Source: Lama guanicoe (lineage: Eukaryota). Taken from it: 64,000 bases of DNA. The notes beneath the pieces were generated by a model. It was given only the letters and a program-made list of their open reading frames with translations, was not told where the DNA came from and searched no databases. Below, piece by piece: positions 52,242 through 64,000 of this stretch (positions are counted from its first letter, which is position 1; the number at the start of each line of letters is the position of its first letter). Both the position numbers and the translations under genes were made by a program. Where the stretch lies: assembly GCA_013239625.1 (NCBI GenBank), contig MU053934.1, positions 5,350,399 to 5,414,398 on the forward strand, in the 5' to 3' direction.

Positions 52242-53133
52242 CTAGACAGGAGAACGGTGAGAGAACCAGCGGTGGGGTGAGGGCAGCCGCGGGGCCCCGC
52301 GCGCTCCAGGAAGGCACAGCGGGAGGCGTCTACCTTCTGGGCCCGGCCAGCTTTGCTACCTGCACTGGCTCTCGGGGGGCTCTCATGGAAGCCACTAGGG
52401 AAGAAGGGATACGGGGTCGGGGAGTCCCTGACCTCTGACCCTGCAGAGGCTGACTGGCTCCCTGGGGTTTGGTATAAGGCACGCGCACAGGCAGGGTCTC
52501 TAGGCTGACTCCCCTTCCCCCAGGAGTTTCTGCCTGAGGCTGCTCAGGGGCCCTCGCCTCCCATCCTGGAGTGCCTGGTTCCTGCCACCGCCCCTCTACC
52601 CTGGGACTGGCAATGCTAAGAGGCCACACAAAGCCTAAATCAGCCTCACCTTTGGACCAGGCTGAGTGGAGGGTCTGGGCTGTGAGGGTGGCAGCAGCAG
52701 GGAGCCCGCAGCCAACGACACCTTGGTTGGGGGCGGCTGGCCTCTCTGAGGGAAGAGGAGTGGTGCTCATGTCAGGCCCAGTTGGGAGGCCCCCAGCCAG
52801 ATCCTGACAGAGCCCAGCCCAGCCCTCTCCCAGGCAGGGGCTGTCCTGAGCCTCACCTGGGCCCACCCCACCCCACAAGCAGAGGTCACGGCGCCCCAGC
52901 CTGGGTGGGGCTGCTTGGGAGCCATCTGCCAGGTATAGAAATGTTCTGACACTGATGGCCAGACAGGCGGGCATTCCCTCATGGCTCCACCCACATGGCT
53001 GTGGGGTCTCAAGCAGGTGTCTTACCCTTCCCAAGTCTTAGGAAAACAAGCACTACCTGCCCAGCCAAGGGGTGCCTGGTGAATGCGGGGCTGTCATTAA
53101 AGGTATCTTTGCACCCTTCTATGGCCCCAGTAC

Positions 53134-54369
53134 CTGCTGGGGGCTCCCGCCAGCCAGGCCAGGGCTGTCTGCATTCTTATTGGTCACGGTGAGGACAAGG
53201 TGGGTCCCTGTGGAGTCAGTGACGAGGGTGGGAGGTGTGACCCCCTTGATGAAGCTGGGGCCCTGTGGGCTCTGAAGCAGCTGGGGGGCTGGGGCTGGTT
53301 CAGGTTCGGGCGGCACGGCTTCCTGCTTCACCACCACCGCCGAGGGCACCAGGGCACTGGTGTCTACGTGCTGGGCAGCAGGGGCTGCCAGGCTGGGGCT
53401 GAAGGGGTGGTCAGGGCCCGGAGGCTGCCTGCTCAGCTGACAGCTGGAGAAGCTGCTCTCCTGCTTCACTGCGGAGCCGAGAGGGACCAGGGCTGGGGCC
53501 GGGCCGGATTCCTGCTTCACCACCATGGCTGGGGACACCAGGGCACCGATGTCTACATGCTGGGCAGCGGGGGCTGTAAGGCTGGGGCTAAAGGGGTGGT
53601 CAGGGCCCGGGGGCTGCCTGCTCAGCTGACAGCTGGAGAAGCTGCTCTCTTGCTTCACTGCGGTGCTGAGAGGGGTTGGGGCCGGGGCCGGGGCCGGGTC
53701 TGGGTCTGGGTCTGGGGCCGAGGCTGGTGTGGGCTGCTGGGCCCGCTTCTCCTGCTCCAGCTGCAGCCTAAGCCACTCCACCAGCTGCTGCTTCTGCCGG
53801 AGCATGCGGGTCAACTCCTCAATCTGCTTGTCCTTTTCCTGCAGCATCTGGTCCTTGTCACGCCCCTCTAGCTCTGCCCGCACCCCAGGGCTCAGACAGC
53901 AGGACCCGGCCCGGGGGCCCTCCTCCTTCACAAGGATCTGCAGTGGTGAGGCCTGCAGGGTGAGCTGGGTCAGTGGCGACGTCACCATCTCGCCAAAGGT
54001 ATCCCCGGGCGTGGAATTCTCATCACCAGTGCTGAGCAGAGAACGCTCCGAAGGGGTGGGAGACACGGGGGGTGTGGAGCCCGTGCTGCCAAACTTCACC
54101 ACTCCGTTGCTAGTCACTGTGGCCACCACCACCTCAGCTGGGGCCAGGCCCGCTGCCACCAGGGCGGGCCCCGTGCTTAGCCGGGCTGCCGGAAAGGCAA
54201 CCACCACCTCGCCAGCCTTGGGCAGGATGGAGGCGGCGGTGGGGGCCTTGGGCGCTCCAGGGGCAGGGCTGACTTGTTCTTGGTAGGCGCGCAGGCGCTC
54301 GATCAGGTCCGTCTTGGTGCCGGAGACGGGCAGTGACCGCAACTTCAGCTCCTGCTTCAGCTCTGCCAC
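53134..54369 (-). CDS. MRTFA: MRTFA large exon (SAP domain, leucine zipper, SUMO-motif region), lengthened by an internal duplication
   Basis: ttgcag|GTG...CAG|gtactg, 1236 nt = 412 aa; VAELKQELKLRSLPVSGTKTDLIERLRAYQ (SAP) ... KDQMLQEKDKQIEELTRMLRQKQQLVEWLRLQLEQE (coiled coil) ... GSPQQ. Confidence 0.96.
53320..53692 (-). repeat. MRTFA: Two-copy in-frame tandem repeat, period 189 bp (63 aa), within the MRTFA exon
   Basis: 53321-53503 aligns without gaps to 53510-53692; 21 mismatches in 183 nt by manual count. Confidence 0.95.
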
Positions 54370-55399
54370 CTGCAAGGGGATGGAGAGTCAGGGCAGCAGG
54401 GAGACTAAAGGAACTGGGTCTGAGCAGGACAGTCGTGGGAAGATGAGCGGGACAAACTTTTTGTTTGTTAGGCCTTATTGGTCTGGGCCCCACCGGCCAC
54501 TGGGAGAGCGAGATGTGGACTGCCCAACGGCCTCGCCACACCACGGGGTTGGTTGGATGCTCCCGCCCCCGTGTCTGGGCAAGACATGCCCTCAGCTGTC
54601 CCGGCCCCAGAGTGGTGCCTGGTGACCAATAAATACTTAATTGAACTGACTGGATTTTACAGAGTAAACTGAGCTCATGGAAGTGGAACAAGTTCTTCAG
54701 GATCACAGGCTGGGTAGCGGCAGAGCCAGGGGTTAAAGCTGGGTCTGGGGGACTCTGAGGCCCGTGTCCAGCTGCCCCCATAAGGGCCGTGTCTTGCTGG
54801 AATCTGGGTCATAGCTCAGGAGGGACCAGCCTGGTTCAGAGGACAAACTCTAGAGGGCGAACATGATCCATTCCGCTTTCTGATCGGGGCAGAGGAAACA
54901 GGCCAGGCCCAGGTCATGTCCCACCCTCCAAGGCCAGGCAGACGCAGCACTTGTGGGGCAGATTCAGCAGGACACTAACCGGCAACGTGGAGCCCTGAGT
55001 CTGAACCCCAGATCTACGTGCTTTGGGTGAGCCTCTCCACTCTTCTCGGCCCCTGCCTGCTCATCCTCATGCTGGGGTGACACTGCCTGTTTCTCACTCT
55101 GCACTGTAGAGGCCACAAGGATTAGAGGCATGTAAGCACCTGGTAAGCCCCGCGGTCCTGGACAGACACTGGCTGATGCCGTTAATGACCACAGTGACAC
55201 GGCTGATGTCACGGATGACCAGAGCCAGGAGGGGCTCGGGGCAGGCTCCCAGCCTCTGCTGGAGGAGACCAGAGCTTTCCATGGCCGTGGTCCTGGGCCG
55301 GCTGTCTTCCCTGCCTGAAAACAAGCACCCAACTGCCCCCAGGGGAGGGCAGGCCAGCAGCAGCTCAAGGCCTCCAGTGGGACGGGCACGGCCACCTAC

Positions 55400-55571
55400 C
55401 TTCATATCGTCCAGGTTGGCGGGCAGGGCCCCCGGCTTGCCAGTTAGTGAGGCACTGTTCTGACGTGCCAGCCCTCCGGGCCCAGGGCCGCCTGAGCCAG
55501 AGCTGCTGCTGCTGGCGGAAAGGCTGCGCATTGGAGGGGCCCCACTGCTTCCCAGAGCCTCGCCCGCTGGC
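55400..55571 (-). CDS. MRTFA: MRTFA exon
   Basis: ttcccag|G CCA...AAG|gtaggt, 172 nt; PAGEALGSSGAPPMRSLSASSSSSGSGGPGPGGLARQNSASLTGKPGALPANLDDMK. Confidence 0.94.
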
Positions 55572-55767
55572 CTGGGAAGAAAGGGAAGGAGTAAGCCCCC
55601 ATCAAGCATCACCCGCGGCCTCTGCAGGGCTGGGCAGAGATGGGCGTGGGCGAGGGCCCCGCCCAGAGACCACTCGTGCAGGACCAGACCAAAGGGTCCT
55701 GGAAGGTCCAGGTCCGCCCCCAAGGCCCGGCACCCGCCCGTTCCGGGGGCCCGGGGCGGGCTCCTAC

Positions 55768-56021
55768 TTGGGTGGGGCAGGCAGGATGGTCTGGTAGTTG
55801 TAGTGCTGCTGCTGCTGCTGGTTGAGGATCTGGAGCTGCAGGAAGAGCTGCTGCTGCTGCAGGATCCTGGCATAGGAGGAATCCATGGGGGGCGCCCCCT
55901 TGTCCTGCTTTTGGTCCGGGGGGATGTACTGGTGATACTTGAGCTTCTTCACCTTTGGCTTCAGCTCCTTGGCTTTCTTGCTGCGCTGAGACTTCTCACC
56001 GGCAGCCTTAGGTTGGCTTTG
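55768..56021 (-). CDS. MRTFA: MRTFA exon with basic B1 box (SRF binding) and Q-rich domain
   Basis: cccccag|CAA...CCCAA|gtagga, 254 nt; QSQPKAAGEKSQRSKKAKELKPKVKKLKYHQYIPPDQKQDKGAPPMDSSYARILQQQQLFLQLQILNQQQQQHYNYQTILPAPP(K). Confidence 0.96.
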
Positions 56022-58177
56022 CTGGGGGCACAGGAGCAGAGGGTGAAGTCAGGGGCAGTCTCGGCTCTGGGAGGCTAGGCCTCCAACGGGCACCTGAGTG
56101 GCTTCTGAGAAGCCTGGCCCGTCCCACGCTCCCTGCTAGATGGCTCCCTGCCCAAAGTAGAGGTCTCATCAGTGCCAGGAGTGTGCAGGGGAGGGGGCAG
56201 GGCTGGTGGGGGGCTGTGACAAGCCCCACTCTTAAAAGAGCTTTAGCCCAAACGCATAGGCCAGGCATCACCATGACCCCAAGCACAGAGTGAATGCAAC
56301 AAAGACGGAAAACAGCTGATCTGTGGAGCGCACACGGCTCACACCGGGTGCTTTACAAAGACCACGTCACACAGAATTGCAAGAACCCTGCCTGGGTTCT
56401 ACTTGAAAAAAGCAGCAGCAGAGAAGTCACTTGCCCAAGGTCACACAGTGATCGTGATCTTGCCGTGTGAAGGAGCTGGGACCCAAACCCAGGACTCCGA
56501 AAGTTCATGTTCATTCACCACTGGGCCTCCAAACACTCCCAGTGGGCACTCAGCAGACCAGGAGGCCCGCAGGTCACGCTCGGGAAGCCATCTTTGGGCG
56601 AGGGAGGGTGAAGCTGGACGGGCCAACAGTCAGCGGCACTGAGTGCCAGGGAAGGACCATGGAGGGCTCAGCAGTTTCTGAGCAGAGAAAGGCAGACAAG
56701 GGTGAAGACTTGATGCAGGGGTCAGCTGGGGTCTGACCGGGGGCATCGGGGACTGGCGGGAAGGTCTCAGTAGAGGCGACTGACTACAGGAACAATGGAC
56801 AACAGAACACGTGGCAGGTGAATAGGTACAAGGTTCAAAGTTCTGAGCTCTGGCAATTGTGACAATGGTGGCCCCTTTGTGGAAGTTGAGAAGAGGTTCT
56901 GGTCAAGCCAGGGAGGACGGAAAGAGGGAGGAGCAGGAGCAAGCTGCTGAGCTGGAGCTGGCAGAGCACCCAAGAAGATGGAGAGGGGCCGGGGAGAGGA
57001 CCAGAGAAAGGCTGAGGGCACGAGAAAGAGGCCCACGGCCAGCCTGGGAGTACCCTACAGAAAGGGAGGAAGACGGGGGGGCAGGGGACAGAGGCCCATG
57101 GGGGCTGGGGAGCCAGAGCCAGAGCCAGAGACTGAGGCACTACCCCAAAAAGAAGAAGTGAGGTACACGCCGTTCTCTCAAATGTGTGGTGCTCACAGGA
57201 AGGCACCAGTCGTGTGATGAGGAGCAGGTCTGAGGGAGGAGTTCTGGGGGAAAACCTCTGACATCAAGAACAGACAGCAGAGGCAAGGGAGGTGCCCAAT
57301 GATGAGGAAGTGGGGCCTCACGGAGACGCAAATGGGGCAGGCCTCGGGACGGGGGCACCACACAGAAAGGCTTCAGAGACCCCGCGAACGTACAGGGAGC
57401 ACCCGGGGGCACAGCGAGCGCTCAGCTAAAGCCAGCTCCTGGGATGTGAGCAGCAGGAGAGGAATACAGATGGCCCGAGACTCTGAGCCGGGGGCAGGGT
57501 CTGTGTGGAAGCACCAGAGAATCAGACAAAGCAGGAAGCAAGTGGGGTGGGAAGGAAGGGCCCCTGCGCAGCAGGAGCGGAGCACAGGTGTGGAGGGCGG
57601 CGGGTGGGGCTCAGGTCCCAGAGACTGAGCAGGAGGCTCAGCAGGGCGAGGAGGACCAGGCATTGGCTCTAGGTGCTGCTGAACTTAACCCCAGTGCCAA
57701 GCACTATGTCCCCACACAGAGGTCCCCATGGGTGTCTCGTGGGGTTGATGGTAAACCCTGCCCCTTCAGATATTTCAGGTCAGGCCTTGGAGGAGGAGAA
57801 TGAAAACAAAATACCCAGCATGGCCAGCTGGGTGACCTTGGGCCCATCACCTCACTCTCAGTTCCACCACTGGCAGAAGAGGTTCTATTATGGTCTCACG
57901 AGGCTAGGAGTAGACAGAGGAGACATGTGGGCACGTTTCCTGGGGAGGGCAGGAGTGAGAGCCTGCCCCGCCGTGCTCAGTAAACGGTGTCTGTGACCAG
58001 GACAACCAGTGTCCACGGAGAGAACAGGCAGGTCTCCCACGGTACCCTGGTGACCTCTGCTGGCCCCTGACCAGGAGGAGAAGACAGGCACCCCCACTCG
58101 CTGTCCCCACCCTGGAATGAAGTCATGGCAGGGCTCGGAGGGACATGGGGAGGAGGCAGTCGGCTGGAGGTCTATAC

Positions 58178-58309
58178 CTTAATGAGTGTGGGGAGGGGCT
58201 TGGCAGCGGGGACCGCGGTTCCGTTGGTGAGGCTGGGAGGCAGAGGAGGCTGCTCCGCCAGGAAAAGTGTTTCTCCGGACTCCGGGCCCACTGGGAGTTG
58301 AGACACAAC
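58178..58309 (-). CDS. MRTFA: MRTFA exon
   Basis: ctcccag|GTT...AAG|gtatag, 132 nt; VVSQLPVGPESGETLFLAEQPPLPPSLTNGTAVPAAKPLPTLIK. Confidence 0.92.
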
Positions 58310-58804
58310 CTGGGAGAGAAGAGGGGAAGTGAGGACACTCTGGCTGCTCCAGAAGCTGAACCATCTCCAGGCTCCACTGGCAATGCAGCCCTGCCCTGCC
58401 CTGCCCGGAGGTGGGCGGCTGTCACCTCCTCGGACACTGTCACCGTTGGGGGGCAAATGGGAGGGGTGAGAAGAGGAGCCCCCAGGGTGGCAGGGGAAGG
58501 GGACTGGCACAGGGGAGGCAGAGGGTGGTGAAAGGATCATGGAGCTGAACACACGCAGGAAAAGCGGCTGTTCTGAGAGTGGACTTGGGGCCGCCAGGGA
58601 GGCCTGGGAATCTAACTGCCAGGCAGCCCCGCCAGCGTCCTCCATGGCGGCCCACAGCCGACACCTCCCAGCTACTAAGCTACGTGGGCAGCACCCTCTG
58701 GCTTCCCCGTCCCACTTGGCCAAGTGAGGGACCTCACCCTGGGCTGCTCCAGCAGGTCTGGGGCCCTGGGGAGCAGGGGAAGCATCGGGAGTGGGCAAGC
58801 TCAC

Positions 58805-58980
58805 CTGAGTGGGGGACACAGAGGTGGCACTGGGCAGTGGCTCGCTGACTCGGGCTTCCAGAGGTGATGGCACCGAGCCCTGGGACTCATGGCTGGCAGG
58901 CTGCTCAGGAGATAAGGCATCACTGCTGTCCTCGTCAAAGGAAGAGCTGTCTGCTACCTTCGGGTAGTTTACCTGGCCCA
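58805..58980 (-). CDS. MRTFA: MRTFA exon
   Basis: tttcag|TG GGC...CAG|gtgagc, 176 nt; (V)GQVNYPKVADSSSFDEDSSDALSPEQPASHESQGSVPSPLEARVSEPLPSATSVSPTQ. Confidence 0.95.
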
Positions 58981-61900
58981 CTGAAAACCAAGGCCAGGGT
59001 AAGGCTCCACCAGCAGACGGGAACAGGGCCCTTGCTCACCAGCCAGAGGCTGTCTCTGCAAGGGACCTGCCCCGCAGCCCCCGTGCCCCAGCGAGGCAGC
59101 AGGAGAAGGGAGGCCAGCAGCCAGGCTGCTCGCTCTGTCCAGAAGAGCTCGAGGACAGCTCATCACCATGACCCCGAAACAAAGCCCAGGAAGAGTCAAG
59201 TCCTGCTAGGCCATCCAGGTGCTCCCTTGGTGAGGAAAGGCCTGATCGTCAACCTCTTGGATTTAACTCCACACTGTGTTCAGTCTTTAAAGTCAGGGTC
59301 TGGCCTCCCTCCCCCTAGCCCGCCACCTCCTCCACCTTCTGCTTCCCTGCTGTTAAAGACAATTTATTTCCATTCTGCGGCTGCACAAAACTCTCTTCTC
59401 CTAGAGGCTCGTGGACCCTGGGATGAGGGCTCTGACCCTGCGATGAGAGATCAAGGGAGTTCAGGTAACCGCTGTGGGAGTGCAGCTCCTCCCCTGGGCT
59501 GCCTGAACTCCCCAAGGCCAGGGACAGACTAAGGAGCCTCCCAGAAAAGGGACACTTGCTTGTGCAGGTAAAACAGGTTCAGTGGAAGGACCGTGACCTC
59601 CCTTTAGCGGCCAGTGACTCCCAGAGACCCAAGGCCCGGGAGCAGCAGCTGCCAGAAGCAAGCCCAGGCTGCTGACTACTAGTGCCCCGCCCCGCCCCGC
59701 CCGCGGTGAAGGCCCGGGAAGCGGCCAGGGGCCAGGCTGGCAGGGAGACACAGGAGGAGCAGTGGCCCAGCGTGGAAATCCTGGACACAGAGAGAAGGAA
59801 AGAAGGGGACAGGGGCAAGCTGGGTGTTTCAAAAGATTCGTATCACGACCTCTCCCTTGACACTACGGGGGGAAGAAGTTCTGCACCGGCCCCGTCCACA
59901 CAGGGGGAACTGAGGCAATGACCACGCCAGGGGAACTCTACCGTGGTGGGAAGACCACAGGTGAGAAACAGGAACAAGCCAGTAAGTCTCCCAGCAGACG
60001 CTTCCTCTCCAGGGCTGCGACCCAAGGCCCCTTCCTCCCCTGGAGCTCACGAAGGATGCACCTGAGCTTGTCCCTCCTGAATGAATATGGTTCTGGAGCC
60101 AGGACTGCCACAATGACCCCACTCCCCTCACCTGCCCTCACCAGGCCGCTGGCAGCGCAGCGAGGGGGCGGAGCTTGCTGACCATACGTGCTTCCCACCA
60201 ATCACACGTCTAGGTTTTCTCCCACGGTCTCTCCTCCCAGAGAGGGCACCTGCTCTGGCACAGAGGCATGGAATCCAGGATGGAGGACCTGCAGGTCCAC
60301 CCCAGCCTCAGTCCAACAGGGAAACTGCTGGCCACACTGGAGAAGCCCGAGGGCTGGTGCCGGCCAGGGTCGCCGCAGGGCCTATTTCTCTCCTGTGTGG
60401 TGGGCAGTGGAGGTGCAGGGGCGGGGTCCCTATCCTCTGAGAGTGTCCGGTCCAGGCACAGTAAATGGTTCGCTAGAGGGAAACCTAGATGCTGAGGGGA
60501 CACTAAGGACAGGCTCAGGGAAGACTTCTTGGAGGGGAGAGCCTTGACATAAATCTTACAGATCAACTGGGGGTGGGTGTGAGGAAGCGTGTGCTCTGAG
60601 TGGCCACGGGGAGTCTGTGCGGACCTCTGTGGGAGGTGAGACCTCCCACATCCCCGTTCTCATCAGGCCTCCCCTCCCAGCCGCCCCCAACACCTGGCTT
60701 TGTCTCCTCCGGAAGTGAACTCCACCTCCTCCCCCTCCCATCCTCCCATCACCAGCCTCTCCTCCACCTCCTTCTGATCCACCCTAAACCTGCTCTTTTC
60801 TCCCAGCCTGAAAATCCTTCTCAACCCACCGTCTCCCTCTCCTTCTCTTCTCCACTTGCCTCTTGAACAAACAGACTACATTTGCTGCCCACCCCACCAC
60901 TGCCGCCTTCTACCCAGTCCTCAACCTGCACAATCACTACTGGCAGTTGCCCCTTTCTCTCAAGTCACCAATGATTACCTCGCTGCCAGATTAAACTACT
61001 CCTAGTCCTCAAACAAGCCATGCTCCGCCAGGCCTCCCTGCCACTGCCATGCTGTCCCCTCCGCCTGAAACGTCCTTCTGTACTCTCTACTTGGCAAACT
61101 GCTTCAACCTCCAGGTGGACCCCAAATGTGCCACAGCACCTGTGGAACTTGCCCAGCCCCGCCACTGTCCCACCCCTGAGAGAAGCCCGACTCAGACAAG
61201 CTCCTGCTGCACCTGCCACACACCCACTGTCCTGTGTCGTTCACAGCAGCAGCTGCAGCTGGTCTAATGTGCATCACTGCTAAGAGCAGCAGCCCTTCCC
61301 CGAGTCCCCCTGGGTGCCAAGGACTGTGCCAGGCCCTTAATACCCATCATCGCCCATTATGAGCCTGCAAACTGTCCCAAAAGGCAGGTGACTTGGTAAA
61401 GATGCCACAGGGCCATGGCCTTTTTTACTATGCAGCACCACATCTGCCCAGGAGTGAGCCTCAGAAACCCCTTGTTTATATATCAGTCTTCTCCCATCAG
61501 ACTGAATTCTCTGAGGGCAGCAGCCACACATTTTGTTCATCTCTGAACTGCCCGACTTCACACAGGCCAGGCATGTGGCCGACTCTTGGCAAACATTTAT
61601 TAGATTTTGGCCGGCTGGAGAGTCCACAACTGACCTTCGCCCAAATGCTGGCCGATAGCTAGGGGCTACTGTGGAATCTTGTGAAGATCTGGGTAGGAAA
61701 ACACCGACGTGAGGTGAAACGAATGCCGAGGCAAAGCAGGGAATTAAAAGAAGAGAGTGGACAGGGCCCCGGCAGCCACCCTCCAGCACGGTGCTGCCCA
61801 ATGCTGGCGGACCCGTCAGTGGTGCAGGCGAGGCCTTAGAAACCAGTATCCTCAGAGCCGGGCTGGGGTCTATCCTGTGCCCTGCCCAAGGGCTGTGCCC

Positions 61901-62748
61901 ACCATCACAGGGGGAGCGCTGGAGCCTCTCGGAGGCACAGCTACCTCCTGGGGGCCGGTCTCAGGCCCACTGCAGCGAAGGAGACACGTCTGTACCAACA
62001 GCCACCAAAGTCCGAGCTATCAAGTCTGAGACCCCTGACCGTGGCCAGGGGGACCGCGCATGGCCGGGACTGCGCCGCTCCCACCTGTCTTGAGGCCACC
62101 CTTCCAGCACCACATGCAGGCTGCTCCTTCTCCCGCTGCACACGCTTTAATTCCCCCTCACCCTGCGCCCCCAGTCCTGGCCCCGCCCCCTCTGCCGCCG
62201 CCCCCCCATCGTTGGGCGGGCTTGGGGGCCCACCCCCATGTGCCCTCCACCGCTGCCCAAGCCCCTGCCCGTGTCTGCTCCAGGTGTGAACTCCCCGAGG
62301 GCCGGGGGCTTGTTCTGCCTTGAGAAGCTGTGGTCCTAGCGCCAAGCACACTGCTTGGGTCAATCCTGACTGAGTGAACTATCTGTGGAAAGTGCCAGGC
62401 TCCAAGAGGAGATTTCACTAACGAAAAGCAGCAGCTGGTACGGCTTCTGGCTCCTGGCGTCTCCACGTGCTCACACACACTGAGCCTGACTTCCGCCCTC
62501 TGGGAGAGGGGACTCGCCCCTGCCTTCACTGAGCTGAGGGGTGGTCAGAGGCCCCTCTGATTTACTTAGCTGCGTTGGCACAGTGCTGGACTGCGGGGCC
62601 AGTGGCACCGTCCCAGGCTCACATGGCCAGGGGATCAGGCTCTCATACTCTGCACCTCAGCTGCCCCAGGCCCAGCAGGAAGCAGCCCAGATGCCCTTCC
62701 CTCCGCACCCGGCCTGCAAGTGCACCCGGGGCGGCCGGGCCTCCTCAC

Positions 62749-62910
62749 CGATGATGGCCTCCTTCAGGCTGGACTCCACAGGCAGGATGTTCTTCTCCAC
62801 CAGCTCCATGGGGCCAGGCCTCTGCGCAATCTTCTCGTTGAGGTCATCAGCCAGCCTGGCTCTCTTCAGCTTCAGCTGCTTGGCCTGCAGGGAAGGCTCG
62901 GCCGAGGTCT
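62749..62910 (-). CDS. MRTFA: MRTFA exon with basic B2 box and RPEL3 actin-binding repeat
   Basis: ggacag|AG ACC...ATCG|gtgagg, 162 nt; (E)TSAEPSLQAKQLKLKRARLADDLNEKIAQRPGPMELVEKNILPVESSLKEAII. Confidence 0.96.
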
Positions 62911-63802
62911 CTGTCCGCGGGAGAGAATGGAGTGAGTGCGGGAGGATATGGAATGAGCTGCTTCTGCCCTGGGAATCCAGAGTGGCTGCCCTTCCCTCTG
63001 GGGAAGGAGCAGAGACCATCAGCATGCAAAGCACGTCCCAGGCAGAGAAGGGTGGCCCGGCTTGAAGTTTCACAAGGACAGAAGAAGGAGCCCCCACTGT
63101 GGACAGCGTGTGGCTGGCCACCAGGCCAAGGCTAGCCCAGACAACACTGGAAGAGCTGGGATGGTCTCTCCTCTCCCTCAGACCTGCTGCTGTGCTGCAG
63201 GGGGAGTTCACCTCTCTGCTCTGGGTCTCATCTGCAAAATGTGCGGATCAGACTAGGAAAGCTTTCTTTCAACCCCAGAGTGGGTTCAAACCAAACAAAA
63301 CACGGACAGAGTCACAACGCTTTCAGCAGCCACAAGCTTTCCGTCCCTAGAATGTGGAAAGACGTGTGTGTGGGGCCGGGCGAGTGCGTCTGGGATGAGC
63401 CTGCTCATACTTCACAGGTGCTTGAGGAGACACTGAGTGAAGGATGACGGATGGATAGAGAGATGAAGGAATGAACAAAAACACAAAGTAAATGCATTTT
63501 AAAAACAGATTTGGAGGAAAGGATTTCACACCAAGGTTAGATGAGTTCCAGGGCCACCATGTGGCCCTAGAAAGAGGGAAGCCAACCCAAGAGAATGTGA
63601 TTGTGCTTCTTTGGGAATCCCCAAAAACCAGTGGTGACCACCACCACACTGCTGTCTTACTGTGCTAAGGCTGCGGCTTACCCACCCACTGCCTGGAGAC
63701 ATGGGAGCGATAAGAAAGAGGGAAGAAGAAATGTGGGTGGTGCAGAGGTGAAAACAGTGAGAACAAGGGTTTAGGTGAAGAAGCATTTCTAAGCTAACAC
63801 AC

Positions 63803-63878
63803 CTTCCAAAATGTGCATCCTGACCAGCTCCGATCTCTCCGGCCGGGAACGAATCTTCCGTTTCAGATAGTCCTCTGT
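63803..63878 (-). CDS. MRTFA: MRTFA exon with RPEL2 repeat (gene continues beyond the window end)
   Basis: ttttatag|ACA...GAAG|gtgtgt, 76 nt; TEDYLKRKIRSRPERSELVRMHILE; not shown in this frame in the ORF track. Confidence 0.95.
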
Positions 63879-64000
63879 CTATAAAAAAAAAACACACCAA
63901 GGAGCTCTCAAACCCAGGTCACAAGCTTATGGCATAGACAGGACTAGAAAGCAGCCGTGGCTCTCGTGGCTGCTGTGGGTAACCTCTGCAGCCCTCATTT

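Noticed and set aside
53320..53692. MRTFA duplication as an assembly artefact
   Set aside because: The copies differ at about 11% of sites without indels and with synonymous bias in the core; an artefact would be near-identical.
53200..54286. 223-aa and 207-aa + strand ORFs with internal repeats
   Set aside because: Antisense shadows of the MRTFA large exon and its duplication.
54473..54482. Possible autoregulatory CArG box in an MRTFA intron (CCTTATTGG)
   Set aside because: Only five A/T bases between CC and GG, so it is not a consensus CArG.
60155..60176. CTCF-like or GC-box motif CAGCGAGGGGGCGGAGC in an MRTFA intron
   Set aside because: Several mismatches to the CTCF core in a GC-rich background; not supportable without data.

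Overview
Mammalian genomic DNA covering the conserved ADSL-SGSM3-MRTFA(MKL1) block. At least eight copies of a tRNA(Ala)-derived SINE resembling camelid Vic-1 suggest a camel, alpaca or llama genome (inference). The + strand carries the 3' part of adenylosuccinate lyase ADSL (9 coding exons, 1992-8206). It also carries the complete SGSM3 gene: CpG-island promoter and non-coding exon 1 near 14.7-14.9 kb, a 23-kb repeat-rich intron 1, and 21 coding exons 38133-46759 totalling 2253 nt (750 aa; TBC, SH3 and RUN domains). The - strand carries the last 10 coding exons of MRTFA (63878 to 48416), convergent with SGSM3, with poly(A) signals about 235 bp apart. All exon boundaries were read as GT-AG with consistent phases; exon numbers follow the human orthologues from memory. 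The most notable observation is an in-frame, diverged 189-bp (63-aa) tandem duplication in the large MRTFA exon. It doubles two VKQE SUMO-consensus motifs and abuts a (GGGGCC)/(GGGTCT) hexamer tract. Other candidates are an in-frame uORF in the SGSM3 leader, a promoter-like YY1/RFX/ETS cluster inside SGSM3 intron 1, and unusual splice sites. I found no evidence for an entirely new gene or system.
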